The position numbers were made by a program, and so were the translations under genes. Positions 26,671 through 36,618 of a stretch of DNA of 64,000 nucleotides are shown here, in pieces. Source of the DNA: Blautia sp. (GTDB lineage: Bacteria > Bacillota > Clostridia > Lachnospirales > Lachnospiraceae); the NCBI GenBank assembly GCA_017515325.1, contig JAFWGA010000036.1:20516-84515 (forward strand), read 5' to 3'. The notes below the pieces were generated by a model. That model was not told where the DNA came from and searched no databases. It saw nothing but the letters and a program-made list of their open reading frames with translations. Each line of letters starts with the position of its first letter. Position 1 is the first letter of the stretch.

Positions 26671-29265
26671 TTATCCTATGGCAAACTCTCCATCCACATC
26701 AAAGCCGCTTTCCGATCCCTGGACATCCCAGGAGAGATCCCCTCCCTCTGTGACGTAATCCCAATCGTCCGGATTAGGAATGCCGATGGGGTCTGTGGTA
26801 GAGGAATCAGAGTTACTGATCTGCCCGGATGGAGTATTGTGCGTGCTGCCTGTGTCATTGTACTCATAATAGTCGTCCAGATTATCGTCATAAGTATCGC
26901 CATGACCATAACAATAGTTGATGGGGATGGTGACTCCTTCAAAGTACTCTGTGATCGTCGGACAGGAATAGTCGGGAAGCATACCGGTGATGGAGCAGAC
27001 AGAAGCCTGCTGGACGGAGGGCGGCATAGAAAAGGTTGCGGCAGGAAGGCCGCTGTGGATGCGGGTCATCACCTTTTTCCATAAGCCCTGGTGGAAATTC
27101 CGGGCGTATTCCGGCAGCTCGGCATTATTGTCATAGCCTGACCAGACAGCACAGGTATAGTAGGGGGTATAGCCTACAAACCAGAGATCATTATAATCCT
27201 CGGTGGTTCCGGTCTTTCCTGCCACGGGCATATTAATGTCCAGCTTGCAGGCCGTACCGGTACCCTTCTCCACGACATCCATCATGGCGCTGGTCAGAAG
27301 CCAGGCCGTACTGTCGCGGATCACGGAGCGCTCCACGGAGGTGTTCTCAATGAGAACATTATCATTGTGATCATAGATCCGGGTATAATAGATCGGCTTG
27401 ATATAATTTCCCTCATTGGCGATGCAGGCATAGGCTGCACAGAGCTCCACATTAGTGACACCGTAGGTGATACCGCCCAGGCAGGTAGCCAGGGTAGCAT
27501 CGGTGTAGACATTTCCGTAAGCATCGGTATCCGCTTCTGTCCCGTGAGCCAGGGTGGTGAAGCCGAAGGCGTCAAGATATTTCAGACCAAGCTCAGGCGT
27601 AACATCCTGGAAAACCTGGAAAGCCACTGTATTGACAGAATTCTGGATCGCCTTGCGCAGGGTGGTGGTTCCGGAGAAGGACATCCAGGCATTGTTGACA
27701 GGCTCACCGCTGGGGTAATGGACCAGCTTGTCTTCATAGGTGGTAGCCAGGGACATTCCCTTCTCATTGAGGGCAGGAGCATATGTGGAAACGATCTTAA
27801 AGGTGGATCCGGGCTGTCTGGTGGAATCTGTCGCCCGGTTCAGTGTCAGGCTGGCTGTTTTTTCCCCTCTTCCGCCCACGATTGCCTTCACATAACCGGT
27901 GTGTTGGTCGATGACGCTCATGGAGGACTGGGGCTGGGGGACAAAATTGATCCGTTCAGAGAAGATCTCACCACCGTTGGCAAGAACAGCAGTCCGATAG
28001 CGCTCTACATAGGTCTGGCCTTCCACAACCGTATCAAAGAGAAGGTCAAAGCTGGGATCTTCGGCCTGGAAATAGAGCATCATCATTTCCTTACTGTAAT
28101 TGGTCAGATCACCCTGATCGTCTTCAATGGTCAGCGCGTAGTCCAGCTCATACTGGACGATGGAAGGATAATTGGATTCGTTGCTGTACTCTTCGTCCAG
28201 GATCGCCTGGATGGTAGGATCCTGGGTTGTCATGATTTTCAGCCCGCCGCTGTACAGAAGGTTTGTCGCCTGGGTGCGGGTATAGCCCTTGATGCTCATC
28301 AGGTCATTGACCACCTGGTCGGTCAGCTCATCCTCAAAATAGGAATACACGCTGTTTGTCTCGGAGGATACTACCTCCTGGGCCTCCTGGATACGGGTAT
28401 AGACATCATCCTTCAGGGCTTCGTCATGCTCCTCCTGTGTGATATAACCCTGCTCCAGCATGTAGTCCAGGACAAACTGCCTTCGCTTGGCATTTTCCTC
28501 CGGATAGACGATGGGGTTAAACTGGGTAGGATTCTGAGTGATGCCGGCAAGCACGGCGCATTCCGACAGATTGAGCTTCCAGACATCCTTATTGAAATAT
28601 TGCCGGGAGGCTGCCTGGACACCGTAAGCGCCGGCACCGAGATTGATTGTGTTCAGATAGTTTTCCAGGATGACGTTTTTGTCCTGGATTTTCTTTTCAA
28701 TCTGGACGGCCAGATATTGTTCCTGCAGCTTTCTGGTAAAGCTTTCCACCAAGGTGCTCTCATTGGTCCAATTGGTGAAAACGTTATTTTTCAGAAGCTG
28801 CTGGGTGATGGTACTGGCTCCTTCGGAAAAGCTGTGGGAGGTCAGCGCGCGCACGGCGGCTCTTAGGATGCCGCGGACATCTACCCCGTTATGCTCATAA
28901 AAACGTTCATCCTCGATTGCCACGACGGCATGCTGAAGATTCAGCGGGATCTGGTCGATAGAGACCGGCAGGCGGTTGGCGCTGGGAGCCGCAAGCTTAC
29001 GCAGCTGGTTGCCCTGGTAGTCATAGAGAAATGTAGCGTAGCCCAGGGGCATAATATCAACATCCTCTGCCCGAGGGGCATTGGCCAGTACTCCCTGCAG
29101 AGAACCGATTCCTGCGCAGCTTATGGTTACTGTCAGGGCGATCACTCCGAGCAGGATCAGACGGATCACAGAGACATTGGCTTTCTTTCCCATCATGGAG
29201 CTGCGGGAAATCAGGGCGTTTCTCTTTCTTGTTATCATTCTTTTTCCATAATTCAAATCCTGCAT
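26671..29265 (-). CDS. Class A penicillin-binding protein (PBP1A)
   Basis: EDERFYEHNG, GASTITQQL, RKLQE, PGSTFK, SVN, GKTGT. Confidence 0.95.
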   Translation of the reverse strand: MQDLNYGKRMITRKRNALISRSSMMGKKANVSVIRLILLGVIALTVTISCAGIGSLQGVLANAPRAEDVDIMPLGYATFLYDYQGNQLRKLAAPSANRLPVSIDQIPLNLQHAVVAIEDERFYEHNGVDVRGILRAAVRALTSHSFSEGASTITQQLLKNNVFTNWTNESTLVESFTRKLQEQYLAVQIEKKIQDKNVILENYLNTINLGAGAYGVQAASRQYFNKDVWKLNLSECAVLAGITQNPTQFNPIVYPEENAKRRQFVLDYMLEQGYITQEEHDEALKDDVYTRIQEAQEVVSSETNSVYSYFEDELTDQVVNDLMSIKGYTRTQATNLLYSGGLKIMTTQDPTIQAILDEEYSNESNYPSIVQYELDYALTIEDDQGDLTNYSKEMMMLYFQAEDPSFDLLFDTVVEGQTYVERYRTAVLANGGEIFSERINFVPQPQSSMSVIDQHTGYVKAIVGGRGEKTASLTLNRATDSTRQPGSTFKIVSTYAPALNEKGMSLATTYEDKLVHYPSGEPVNNAWMSFSGTTTLRKAIQNSVNTVAFQVFQDVTPELGLKYLDAFGFTTLAHGTEADTDAYGNVYTDATLATCLGGITYGVTNVELCAAYACIANEGNYIKPIYYTRIYDHNDNVLIENTSVERSVIRDSTAWLLTSAMMDVVEKGTGTACKLDINMPVAGKTGTTEDYNDLWFVGYTPYYTCAVWSGYDNNAELPEYARNFHQGLWKKVMTRIHSGLPAATFSMPPSVQQASVCSITGMLPDYSCPTITEYFEGVTIPINYCYGHGDTYDDNLDDYYEYNDTGSTHNTPSGQISNSDSSTTDPIGIPNPDDWDYVTEGGDLSWDVQGSESGFDVDGEFAIG

Positions 29266-29341
29266 AACCCCCTCTCATATCATTTCCTGTATTTACTCAG
29301 GTCAGCAGGTCGCGCTTTCTGCGGCCTGTGTTTTCTTGGCT

Positions 29342-29941
29342 CTATTTGGCAATCCCGGACCTGTGCGCCGGGGAAGATTCGCTTTGGTATTGTGAAAAAA
29401 TCAAGTCGGCCCAGGTCCGGCAAAGGCGATCCAGGGACCAGGAAGCATTCGCCGGGCTGGTGGAAGGAAGCAGGACAGGTTCAAGGCCGGTCTGGGGCAG
29501 GATCAGCTTCCGATACAGGCACAGGGCGGTAGCTCCGTTGGTGAATATGGCAGATACCTGACTGCCTGACAGGATCATGGAGATATCATTTGCAGTCACA
29601 TCCCTGATGCTGCTGTCGCTGGAACCGGAAATGGTGCAGCTGGCTGCCACATCCCACAGGGCGATCCGGTGATGAAGGAGAAAAGCCCTTTTCCCCGGAA
29701 TATCCTCAGGTACCTCCTCCTGGAATATGGTGGAGAGTACCTTCCAGAAACGATTCTGGGGATGGCCGTAGTAAAAGCCAAGCTCCCGTGATTTGACGGA
29801 GGGAAAACTTCCCAGGATCAGAATGCGGGAACGGCTGTCCCAGACCGGTGGAAATTCATGAACCTGCTTCGTGGAATTCGCAATACAGGGATTGTCTGTC
29901 CGGACCTGTGAAGAACTATGATACGGTTTTGTGGTCTTCAT
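29342..29941 (-). CDS. DNA-deoxyinosine/uracil glycosylase family
   Basis: LILGSFPS, YYGHPQNRFW, LPSTSPAN; ATGA overlap with the upstream stop. Confidence 0.9.
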   Translation of the reverse strand: MKTTKPYHSSSQVRTDNPCIANSTKQVHEFPPVWDSRSRILILGSFPSVKSRELGFYYGHPQNRFWKVLSTIFQEEVPEDIPGKRAFLLHHRIALWDVAASCTISGSSDSSIRDVTANDISMILSGSQVSAIFTNGATALCLYRKLILPQTGLEPVLLPSTSPANASWSLDRLCRTWADLIFSQYQSESSPAHRSGIAK

Positions 29942-30906
29942 GACAGAAAATCCAGGATCTTTTCCCAATATTCCTGAAGCTCTCTGGTCCGACAGGCATA
30001 GATTTCATGCTTTGATTCCTTCATAAGGATCAGGCTTCCCTTATCGCCAAGCTGGCGGATAAAGGTTTCCTGCCCGTGAGGCTTTACCATGTTTTCCCGG
30101 CCTGCCTGGAAGAGAAGAACCCTGGCTTTTATTTTGGCGCAGTTTTCAGGAGAAACTGCCTCCTTGGTCAGCTTCAGGAACTCGTAAGCGCTGCGGACGG
30201 ACGGGACACACATCTGCAGACGGATATCTGCCCTTTGCTCCTGCAGCCAGTAGAGATAGCGCTCTCGGCAATCAGTGCAGCTGTTGTTAAAATCATCTTC
30301 TCCGGAAAAGATATGGGAGCCTGGCATATATTTTTGGTCCTGCTTTCCGGCGAGCCGGGCCTTGGTATAGGCCTTGGCCAGCCACAGGGGAGTGTTTCCG
30401 CTGTCCATCTCAAGCATGGGCGCGTTGAGAATGACCCTGGAAAAATCGTCAGGGTATCTTTCGATATAACAGGCACAAACCCCGCCTCCCAGAGAATGGC
30501 CGAAAAGATAGAGAGGATACCCTTCCGTCTCAGAATCTGCTTTTACGATGCCGGAGACAAAGGCTCTCAGGTCGAGTATGAGATCCTCATATTTTTCGAT
30601 GTGGATCAGGTAGGGATCCTCCGTGCTGCGATAGGAGAGACCATGCTCCCTCTGCTGCAGCATCCAGACATGGAAGCCCTCCTGCAGGAAGTAATAAACG
30701 GTTTCATAAAATTTGCCGATGCCTTCGGAAAAACCGTGGAGCAGGACGATGCTTCCTCTGGGCTGATCTGCCAGATAATGCTCATAATAAAGAGACTGTC
30801 CGGGAATCCGTTCCATGTACCCCTTCTTCATTCGTTCCTTCAGATAGGGCAGCACGGTCCAGGCCATCTCTGAAGCATAGTTTTCTTCATTTAATATCTT
30901 CTGCAT
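29938..30906 (-). CDS. Alpha/beta hydrolase, lysophospholipase L2-like
   Basis: HGFSE, GHSLGG, C-terminal KHEI. Confidence 0.85.
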   Translation of the reverse strand: MQKILNEENYASEMAWTVLPYLKERMKKGYMERIPGQSLYYEHYLADQPRGSIVLLHGFSEGIGKFYETVYYFLQEGFHVWMLQQREHGLSYRSTEDPYLIHIEKYEDLILDLRAFVSGIVKADSETEGYPLYLFGHSLGGGVCACYIERYPDDFSRVILNAPMLEMDSGNTPLWLAKAYTKARLAGKQDQKYMPGSHIFSGEDDFNNSCTDCRERYLYWLQEQRADIRLQMCVPSVRSAYEFLKLTKEAVSPENCAKIKARVLLFQAGRENMVKPHGQETFIRQLGDKGSLILMKESKHEIYACRTRELQEYWEKILDFLS

Positions 30907-30946
30907 GGATGATAGACTCCGTAAAGTATTCGACTTGTGCGGTGAC

Positions 30947-31465
30947 TCAGCACTTCTCCGGTTCCGGATATTCTTCGCCCAGCGTATCGACAGTGATGGA
31001 CTGTATTCTCTGGACCTTCAGCGGACGGTCACGCCGATCCGTCTGTGCCTGGGCGAGCCGGTCGACTACATCCATGCCCTCTGTCACCTTTCCGAAGGCA
31101 GCATAAGCCCCGTCCAGATGGGGAGCGTCCTGATGCATAATAAAGAACTGGCTGCCGGCGGAATTCGGCAGATAGGCTCTGGCCATGGAGAGAACTCCTC
31201 GTGTATGGCGCAGGTCGTTGGGAACGCCGTTCTGGAGAAATTCACCCTTGATGCTGTAGCCTGGGCCGCCCATTCCGGTACCGTCAGGACATCCGCCCTG
31301 GATCATGAAGCCATTGATCACGCGGTGGAAGATGAGTCCGTTATAAAATCCTTTTTTTACCAGGCTGATAAAATTATTCACTGTATTTGGCGCTGACTCA
31401 GGATAAAGCTCTGCTTTGATGACATCCTGGTTTTCCATGGTGATAGTGATGATCGGATTTGACAT
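30947..31465 (-). CDS. ppiB: Cyclophilin-type peptidyl-prolyl isomerase
   Basis: FHRVINGFMIQGG, SMARA, SAGSQFFI. Confidence 0.95.
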   Translation of the reverse strand: MSNPIITITMENQDVIKAELYPESAPNTVNNFISLVKKGFYNGLIFHRVINGFMIQGGCPDGTGMGGPGYSIKGEFLQNGVPNDLRHTRGVLSMARAYLPNSAGSQFFIMHQDAPHLDGAYAAFGKVTEGMDVVDRLAQAQTDRRDRPLKVQRIQSITVDTLGEEYPEPEKC

Positions 31466-31554
31466 AGGAATGCCCTCCTTTTCTTCTTAACATAGCATAT
31501 AGAGATATCATAGCATATTAAGCTGGCGACTTCAATAAATCTGTTTTGAATTCA

Positions 31555-31583
31555 TTGACGCAAAGCCTTGTCTATGCTAAACT
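31555..31583 (+). promoter_or_regulatory. Sigma-A promoter of queT
   Basis: TTGACG-17 bp-TAAACT. Confidence 0.55.
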
Positions 31584-31589
31584 CCCCCT

Positions 31590-31632
31590 TTGTGAGTTCG
31601 AAACCATCCTCACGTAAAACAAAACTAAGGAG
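31590..31632 (+). ncRNA. preQ1 class I riboswitch
   Basis: GTGAG-TTCGAAACCATC-CTCAC stem-loop with an A-rich tail GTAAAACAAAACTAAGGAG running into the RBS, directly before queT. Confidence 0.85.
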
Positions 31633-31633
31633 A

Positions 31634-32137
31634 ATGAAACCAATGAAAAACAAAAGTACAATCTTTCTGGCACAGGCTGGTGCCATCGGAGCCATCTATG
31701 TCGTCCTGACCATGATATTCTCTGCCTTTTCTTTCGGAGAGGTTCAGGTTCGCATTTCCGAGGCACTCACTATCCTTCCTTATTTCACTGCGGCTGCGGT
31801 TCCGGGGCTCTTTGTCGGCTGCCTGCTGGGCAATATCCTTGGCGGGGCTGTCCTTCCCGATGTGATTTTCGGCAGCCTTGCGACGCTGATCGGAGCGTAT
31901 TTTACCTGGAAGCTGCGGGGCAGGTCCAGGTGGCTGGCCCCTGTTCCGCCTATCCTGGCCAATACTCTGATTGTTCCCTTTGTGCTGCGTTATGCCTATG
32001 GTGTCAATCTTCCCATCTGGATGATGATGGGGACAGTCGGTTTGGGAGAGGTCATCTCCTGTGGCGTCCTGGGCATGCTTCTGCATACCGCCATTTCAAA
32101 GTACGGGAAAAATATTTTTGAGACCAAGGCTCTGTAA
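31634..32137 (+). CDS. queT: QueT queuosine-precursor transporter
   Basis: QVRISEALTILP, PGLFVGCLLGN; preceded by the preQ1 riboswitch. Confidence 0.9.
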   Translation: MKPMKNKSTIFLAQAGAIGAIYVVLTMIFSAFSFGEVQVRISEALTILPYFTAAAVPGLFVGCLLGNILGGAVLPDVIFGSLATLIGAYFTWKLRGRSRWLAPVPPILANTLIVPFVLRYAYGVNLPIWMMMGTVGLGEVISCGVLGMLLHTAISKYGKNIFETKAL

Positions 32138-33499
32138 TCAGATCCCTTCCCCCTTTATCCCGCCCGGGGCAGAGAATGCGGCTTTGCCTTCCTCTGCCCC
32201 ATTCACCGGAAATACGATTCTGATTCTGGTTCCGACGTCTTTTCTGGAGGTGATCTCAAAATGAGCCTTATGCTTGTCTACGATCCATTTCGCGATAGAC
32301 AGACCCAGTCCTGTTCCCGGATAGTTGCGCACTGAATCCGACCGGTAAAAGCGTTCAAACATCTGTTTCACTTCTTTTTCATCCATACCTAATCCGGTAT
32401 CCTGAACCTGAATATAGGCGGCATCCAGCTCATCCCTTCCGCAGCTGATGACAATTTCCCTTCCCTCATCGGTATATTTTGACGCATTATCCAACAGAAT
32501 CCGCACCGCCTGCTTGAGAAGGGCTGCATCTCCCTCGATCACAGTGTCCTCGGGATGGGGGAGAAAGCGGTAAACATGGGCCTCATCAATCAGGAGAACC
32601 TCCTCATAGATTTCCTCTGTAAGTGCATGAACGGATAGTCTTTCTGCTTTTAACTGCGTTCGGCCGCTGTCGCCTCTGGCCAGAAAGAGCAGCTGCTCTA
32701 CCAGATGCTTCATGTGGGCGGACTCTGTCTTGATAGCTTCCAGGGATTCGTCCAGGATCCGGGGGTCTGTCTTTCCCCAGCGGTCCAGCATTCTGGCATA
32801 TCCCTCGATTACGGCGATGGGGGTGCGCAGCTCGTGGGAGGCATCGTTGACAAAACGGGCCTGCTGGCGGTTAGCCTCCTGGATCCGGCGCAGCAGGTTA
32901 TTCATGGCAGCTTCAATGCCTGCCAGATCTTTGTCCTGAAAAGCCAGCACCTCGTGGTCCTCAGGCTGGATCCGGGTGATGGCGTCCTCAATCAGCTGGT
33001 ACTTATCCTCCGAAAAGGAGATTCTGCTCAGTTCATCCGCCCGAAGAGCGATCTCATTGATGGGAGACAGGTATTCCCGTATGAGAAAGCGGGTTTTGGA
33101 AAAGGAGAACAGAAATCCTGTCCCCTGGATGAAGACAAGGCATGCAGCCAGGACAGTCAGGATTCTCAGAAAAGGAGCCAGGGGCTGGGAAAGCAGGATG
33201 CTGCCGTCCCGGCTGATCTCATAGGTCAGTGTGTCGAAGGAGGAGCCGGTGATCCGGCGGGCAGCATCACGATAAAAAGCCCCGTTTATCGTCCATTCCT
33301 GGTCCAGGAGATGGAGGATAAACAGGGACAGTAACAGGATCAGGTCCAGGAAAAAGACAGATCTGAACTGATTCGCGGCAAATAGACCAAACAGCTTTCG
33401 GGTAATGGATTTGACGCCGGAGGCATCCTTATCGAAAACTTTCTTAAATCCGGGATCCTTTGCAGGCTCCCTTCTGGCTTTATTCTTTTTATTCTTCAT
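32138..33499 (-). CDS. Sensor histidine kinase
   Basis: DASHELRTP, LLDNASKY, DTGLG, GTGLGL. Confidence 0.92.
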   Translation of the reverse strand: MKNKKNKARREPAKDPGFKKVFDKDASGVKSITRKLFGLFAANQFRSVFFLDLILLLSLFILHLLDQEWTINGAFYRDAARRITGSSFDTLTYEISRDGSILLSQPLAPFLRILTVLAACLVFIQGTGFLFSFSKTRFLIREYLSPINEIALRADELSRISFSEDKYQLIEDAITRIQPEDHEVLAFQDKDLAGIEAAMNNLLRRIQEANRQQARFVNDASHELRTPIAVIEGYARMLDRWGKTDPRILDESLEAIKTESAHMKHLVEQLLFLARGDSGRTQLKAERLSVHALTEEIYEEVLLIDEAHVYRFLPHPEDTVIEGDAALLKQAVRILLDNASKYTDEGREIVISCGRDELDAAYIQVQDTGLGMDEKEVKQMFERFYRSDSVRNYPGTGLGLSIAKWIVDKHKAHFEITSRKDVGTRIRIVFPVNGAEEGKAAFSAPGGIKGEGI

Positions 33500-33518
33500 G
33501 GTATCTGATCTGAGCCTT

Positions 33519-34235
33519 TTAGCGGGCAGAGGAGCCGGACGGTAACGATTTGATCACGTAGCCCACTCCGCGGACGGTATGGATCATTTTTACACCGTAT
33601 ACATCATCGATCTTGGAGCGGAGGAAACGGATATAGACGTCAATGACATTCGTTTCTCCGATATAGTTATAGCCGCAGACCCGGTCCAGCAGGGTATCCC
33701 GGGAAAGGACGACATCCTGGTTTTCCAACAGAACCTTGAGCATCTGAAATTCCCGGTTTGTCAAAGTGACAGGCTGGCCTGCGTAGGTAACCGTATGGCT
33801 TTTTTCACTGAGAACCAGGCTGCCCCAGCAAAGGGCCCCCGGGTCCTGGCCAAAGGAGCCGGAAGAGGAAACCGGGTGAAGCTTCAGGGCTACCCGAATC
33901 CTGGCAAGCAGCTCCTCGATGGCGAAGGGCTTGGTAATATAATCCACCGCTCCGGCATCCAGGCCTGAGACCTTGTCCATGACGGAATCTCTGGCTGTCA
34001 GCAGGATGACGGGGACGGAAACGCTTTTTTCCAGCCGCCTTAACACCTCCAGGCCGTTCAGACCTGGAAGCATGATATCCAGAAGGATCAGATCGAATTT
34101 GCCTGTTTCGGCCTTTTCCAACCCTGTTCTTCCGTCAAAGGCCTTTTCTACCTCATATTCCTCATGAAGAAGCTCCAGCTCAATAAAGCGGGCAAGCTTT
34201 TCCTCATCCTCCACGATCAGAATTCTGGCAGCCAT
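33519..34235 (-). CDS. OmpR-family response regulator (ArlR-like)
   Basis: IVEDE, LDIMLP, KPF, TVRGVGY. Confidence 0.92.
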   Translation of the reverse strand: MAARILIVEDEEKLARFIELELLHEEYEVEKAFDGRTGLEKAETGKFDLILLDIMLPGLNGLEVLRRLEKSVSVPVILLTARDSVMDKVSGLDAGAVDYITKPFAIEELLARIRVALKLHPVSSSGSFGQDPGALCWGSLVLSEKSHTVTYAGQPVTLTNREFQMLKVLLENQDVVLSRDTLLDRVCGYNYIGETNVIDVYIRFLRSKIDDVYGVKMIHTVRGVGYVIKSLPSGSSAR

Positions 34236-34286
34236 CGGATCCCCTTTCTTTTCTTGCGGCATAGTATGCGCACGGATTTATGGGTT

Positions 34287-34808
34287 TTATTTTGTGAAAT
34301 CTTCCTTTACGTGTTCGGCAGCGTCCCCCGCCATATCCATAAAGCGGTTCACACTGTCAAATTTTTCATTTCCCACAAAATGGTATTTGCAGTCCATGAA
34401 AAGAGAAATAATGACAGCGACCAGGGCAAGCCTCCAGGAGAAGATAAAAATGAGGGCAAAAAGCCAGAGCGGAGCCCTCAGTACTTCATCCCCATGGCGC
34501 TCGACCGTGACGGCATTGCTTCTTAATTTACTCCAGATCTTACGCACACCGTTGGCAGCAGTGCGGGAATACCGTTTCTGATCCTGCTGATAGGCATTGG
34601 TGTGCTGGCGGACATCTTCATAGTCATCCTGGCTCTCATAGCTGGTGGAATACGTGCTTTGCTCCGGGCCACGGGTACGGCCCTGCTTCTCCAGAAGAAC
34701 AAGAGCATCCAGCAGATCTCCGCCGGCAGCATCCAGGGCAGCCTTGGCTTCCTCGTAGGTCACATTGGCCTTTTCGACCAGCTTTTCAACTTTTTCAAAA
34801 TCGTTCAT
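34287..34808 (-). CDS. UBA-like/DUF4342 domain protein
   Basis: EKVEKLVEKANVTYEEAKAAL...DALVLLEKQG plus a hydrophobic hairpin. Confidence 0.7.
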   Translation of the reverse strand: MNDFEKVEKLVEKANVTYEEAKAALDAAGGDLLDALVLLEKQGRTRGPEQSTYSTSYESQDDYEDVRQHTNAYQQDQKRYSRTAANGVRKIWSKLRSNAVTVERHGDEVLRAPLWLFALIFIFSWRLALVAVIISLFMDCKYHFVGNEKFDSVNRFMDMAGDAAEHVKEDFTK

Positions 34809-34990
34809 GGAAACTCCCTCCTAGGTATATTTTACTGATTGATTTCTCTTTGTCAACTGAAGACAGGCAAATCATATCATTTCCGGATGAAAGAATCCTT
34901 TGGGATACATTAAAAAAGCATTAAAAAAGAAGGAGGGGATTTCTCCCACTCCTTCCTCGCATAGCTTTGTACTTATACGCAATTCTGCTG

Positions 34991-35276
34991 TCAGTCGTCT
35001 ATACCAACCATGACCGAAGTTGCTTTGATAACGGCATAAGCTTCCTTCCCGATAACCAGTCCCAGCTCTTTGATGTCAATAATCGTCCCTTTGAACTGAT
35101 TCCGTGCACTAAGGCCCTGTAATTAAATTCCTCCGCCCTCTGACTTGTCTTCGCAAGCATCTGCTGCGTTGTCGTCAGTTGGCGATGCCCGCATCGCCGC
35201 CTTCCTCCGCCTTGCATATGCTCACGAATACTGCGTCATATGGCTAAGTTATTTAATTACAGTGCCTAAGCTTCAT
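34991..35276 (-). pseudogene. mop: Molybdenum-pterin binding (Mop/TOBE) gene disrupted by a MITE and an internal deletion
   Basis: After removing 35113-35269 it reads MKLSARNQFKGTIIDIKELGLVIGKEAYAVIKATSVMVGIDD*. Confidence 0.85.
35113..35266. mobile_element. 154-bp MITE with 16-bp TIRs and TAA target duplication
   Basis: GGCCCTGTAATTAAAT ... ATTTAATTACAGTGCC; TAA at 35110-35112 and 35267-35269. Confidence 0.85.
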
Positions 35277-35299
35277 CTGATCGTCCTCGCTTTATGGTA

Positions 35300-35842
35300 T
35301 CAGCCGAAATATCTCTCAAGCAATCCCTTGAATGCCTTGCCGTGTCTGGCCTCGTCTCTGGCCATCTCATGAACGGTATCATGAATCGCATCCAGGTTAG
35401 CGGCTTTTGCGCGCTTGGCCAGATCCGTCTTACCGGCGGTAGCTCCATTCTCAGCCTCAACGCGGAGCTGGAGGTTCTTCTTGGTGGAATCGGTGACGAC
35501 CTCACCCAGAAGCTCGGCAAACTTCGCCGCATGCTCTGCTTCCTCATAGGCAGCCTTCTCATAATACAGACCAACCTCCGGATATCCCTCGCGGAAAGCA
35601 ACACGGGCCATAGCCAGGTACATACCTACCTCAGAGCACTCACCCTGGAAGTTTGCACGCAGATCGGCAAGGATATCCTCGCTGACACCCTGTGCCACGC
35701 CCACAACATGCTCAGCCGCCCAGGTCATATCCTCAGACTGCTTGGTGAACTTGGAAGCAGGAGCCTTACATACAGGACATGCTTCGGGGGGAGTATCGCC
35801 TTCATGAACATAACCACATACATTACATACCCACTTTGCCAT
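35300..35842 (-). CDS. rbr: Reverse rubrerythrin (NADH peroxidase)
   Basis: N-terminal CNVCGY..CPVC rubredoxin domain; EEAEH and DEARH diiron motifs. Confidence 0.95.
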   Translation of the reverse strand: MAKWVCNVCGYVHEGDTPPEACPVCKAPASKFTKQSEDMTWAAEHVVGVAQGVSEDILADLRANFQGECSEVGMYLAMARVAFREGYPEVGLYYEKAAYEEAEHAAKFAELLGEVVTDSTKKNLQLRVEAENGATAGKTDLAKRAKAANLDAIHDTVHEMARDEARHGKAFKGLLERYFG

Positions 35843-36070
35843 AATAAAATCTCCTTTATGAAAAATGATAGTATGCGCACGAATCTACGGCGAAATAATA
35901 CCGCCTTCGCGGTGTAAATTCGGCGCCGTAAATGAATCACAATGAAAAGGCCTGGTTCGTTTACAATATTATTCTGAGAATCCTCTTGAATTCCCGGAAA
36001 GCCCTATGGACTTGGATACAGGATCTGCAGCTGTCTGGATGCTGACGGAACAGCTCAGCAGCGGGGGTGC

Positions 36071-36463
36071 CTAACCGCCGCAGGAACTGCATCTGCCAAA
36101 ATAGGAGATGCGGCAGGATGAAATAGTTCCGCCATTACAGGACGCAGATGCCCGGTGAACCATTTCACTGACATTCACATCGACTGTATTCAGATCCTGA
36201 ACCTTACCACATTGCAGGCAGACAAAGTGGCTGTGCCAGTCTGTGCGGGGATCGAAGCGGTCTGCTCCGTCCAGCCCATAAACCTTCTGAATCTCACCGG
36301 ATTCACACAGAAGGGAAAGATTCCGGTACACAGTGCCCAGGCTGATATTGGGACAGCTCTGTCTGACATTGGCATAGATCAGATCCGCAGTAGGGTGATC
36401 GGCCCTTCCTTGCAGAAAATCCAGGATAAAATCCCTCTGGCGGCTATGTTTTCTTCCGGTCAT
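36071..36463 (-). CDS. perR: Fur-family peroxide regulator (PerR-like)
   Basis: HPTAD, ISLGTVYRNL, HSHFVCLQCG, CSSC; directly upstream of rbr. Confidence 0.85.
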   Translation of the reverse strand: MTGRKHSRQRDFILDFLQGRADHPTADLIYANVRQSCPNISLGTVYRNLSLLCESGEIQKVYGLDGADRFDPRTDWHSHFVCLQCGKVQDLNTVDVNVSEMVHRASASCNGGTISSCRISYFGRCSSCGG

Positions 36464-36515
36464 GGTCAGCCCTCCCTGATGAAATAAAACACCGCCAAAA
36501 TCATCGCGATGATTA

Positions 36516-36536
36516 AAACAGTAATAATTACTGTTT
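36516..36536. promoter_or_regulatory. Palindromic operator, candidate PerR/Fur autoregulatory box
   Basis: AAACAGTAAT-A-ATTACTGTTT perfect inverted repeat. Confidence 0.55.
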
Positions 36537-36618
36537 ACATAATAGTAGCTTATATCCTTGCAGTTAGTCAAGAGAGACTTATGGATTTGAAAAGAATTTT
36601 TGAACAGGAACCAAAAGG

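Noticed and set aside
31550-31585. c-di-GMP-I riboswitch (GACGCAAAGCC)
   Set aside because: No upstream GGCAAA/GAAA stem; the sequence is better explained as the -35 region of the queT promoter.
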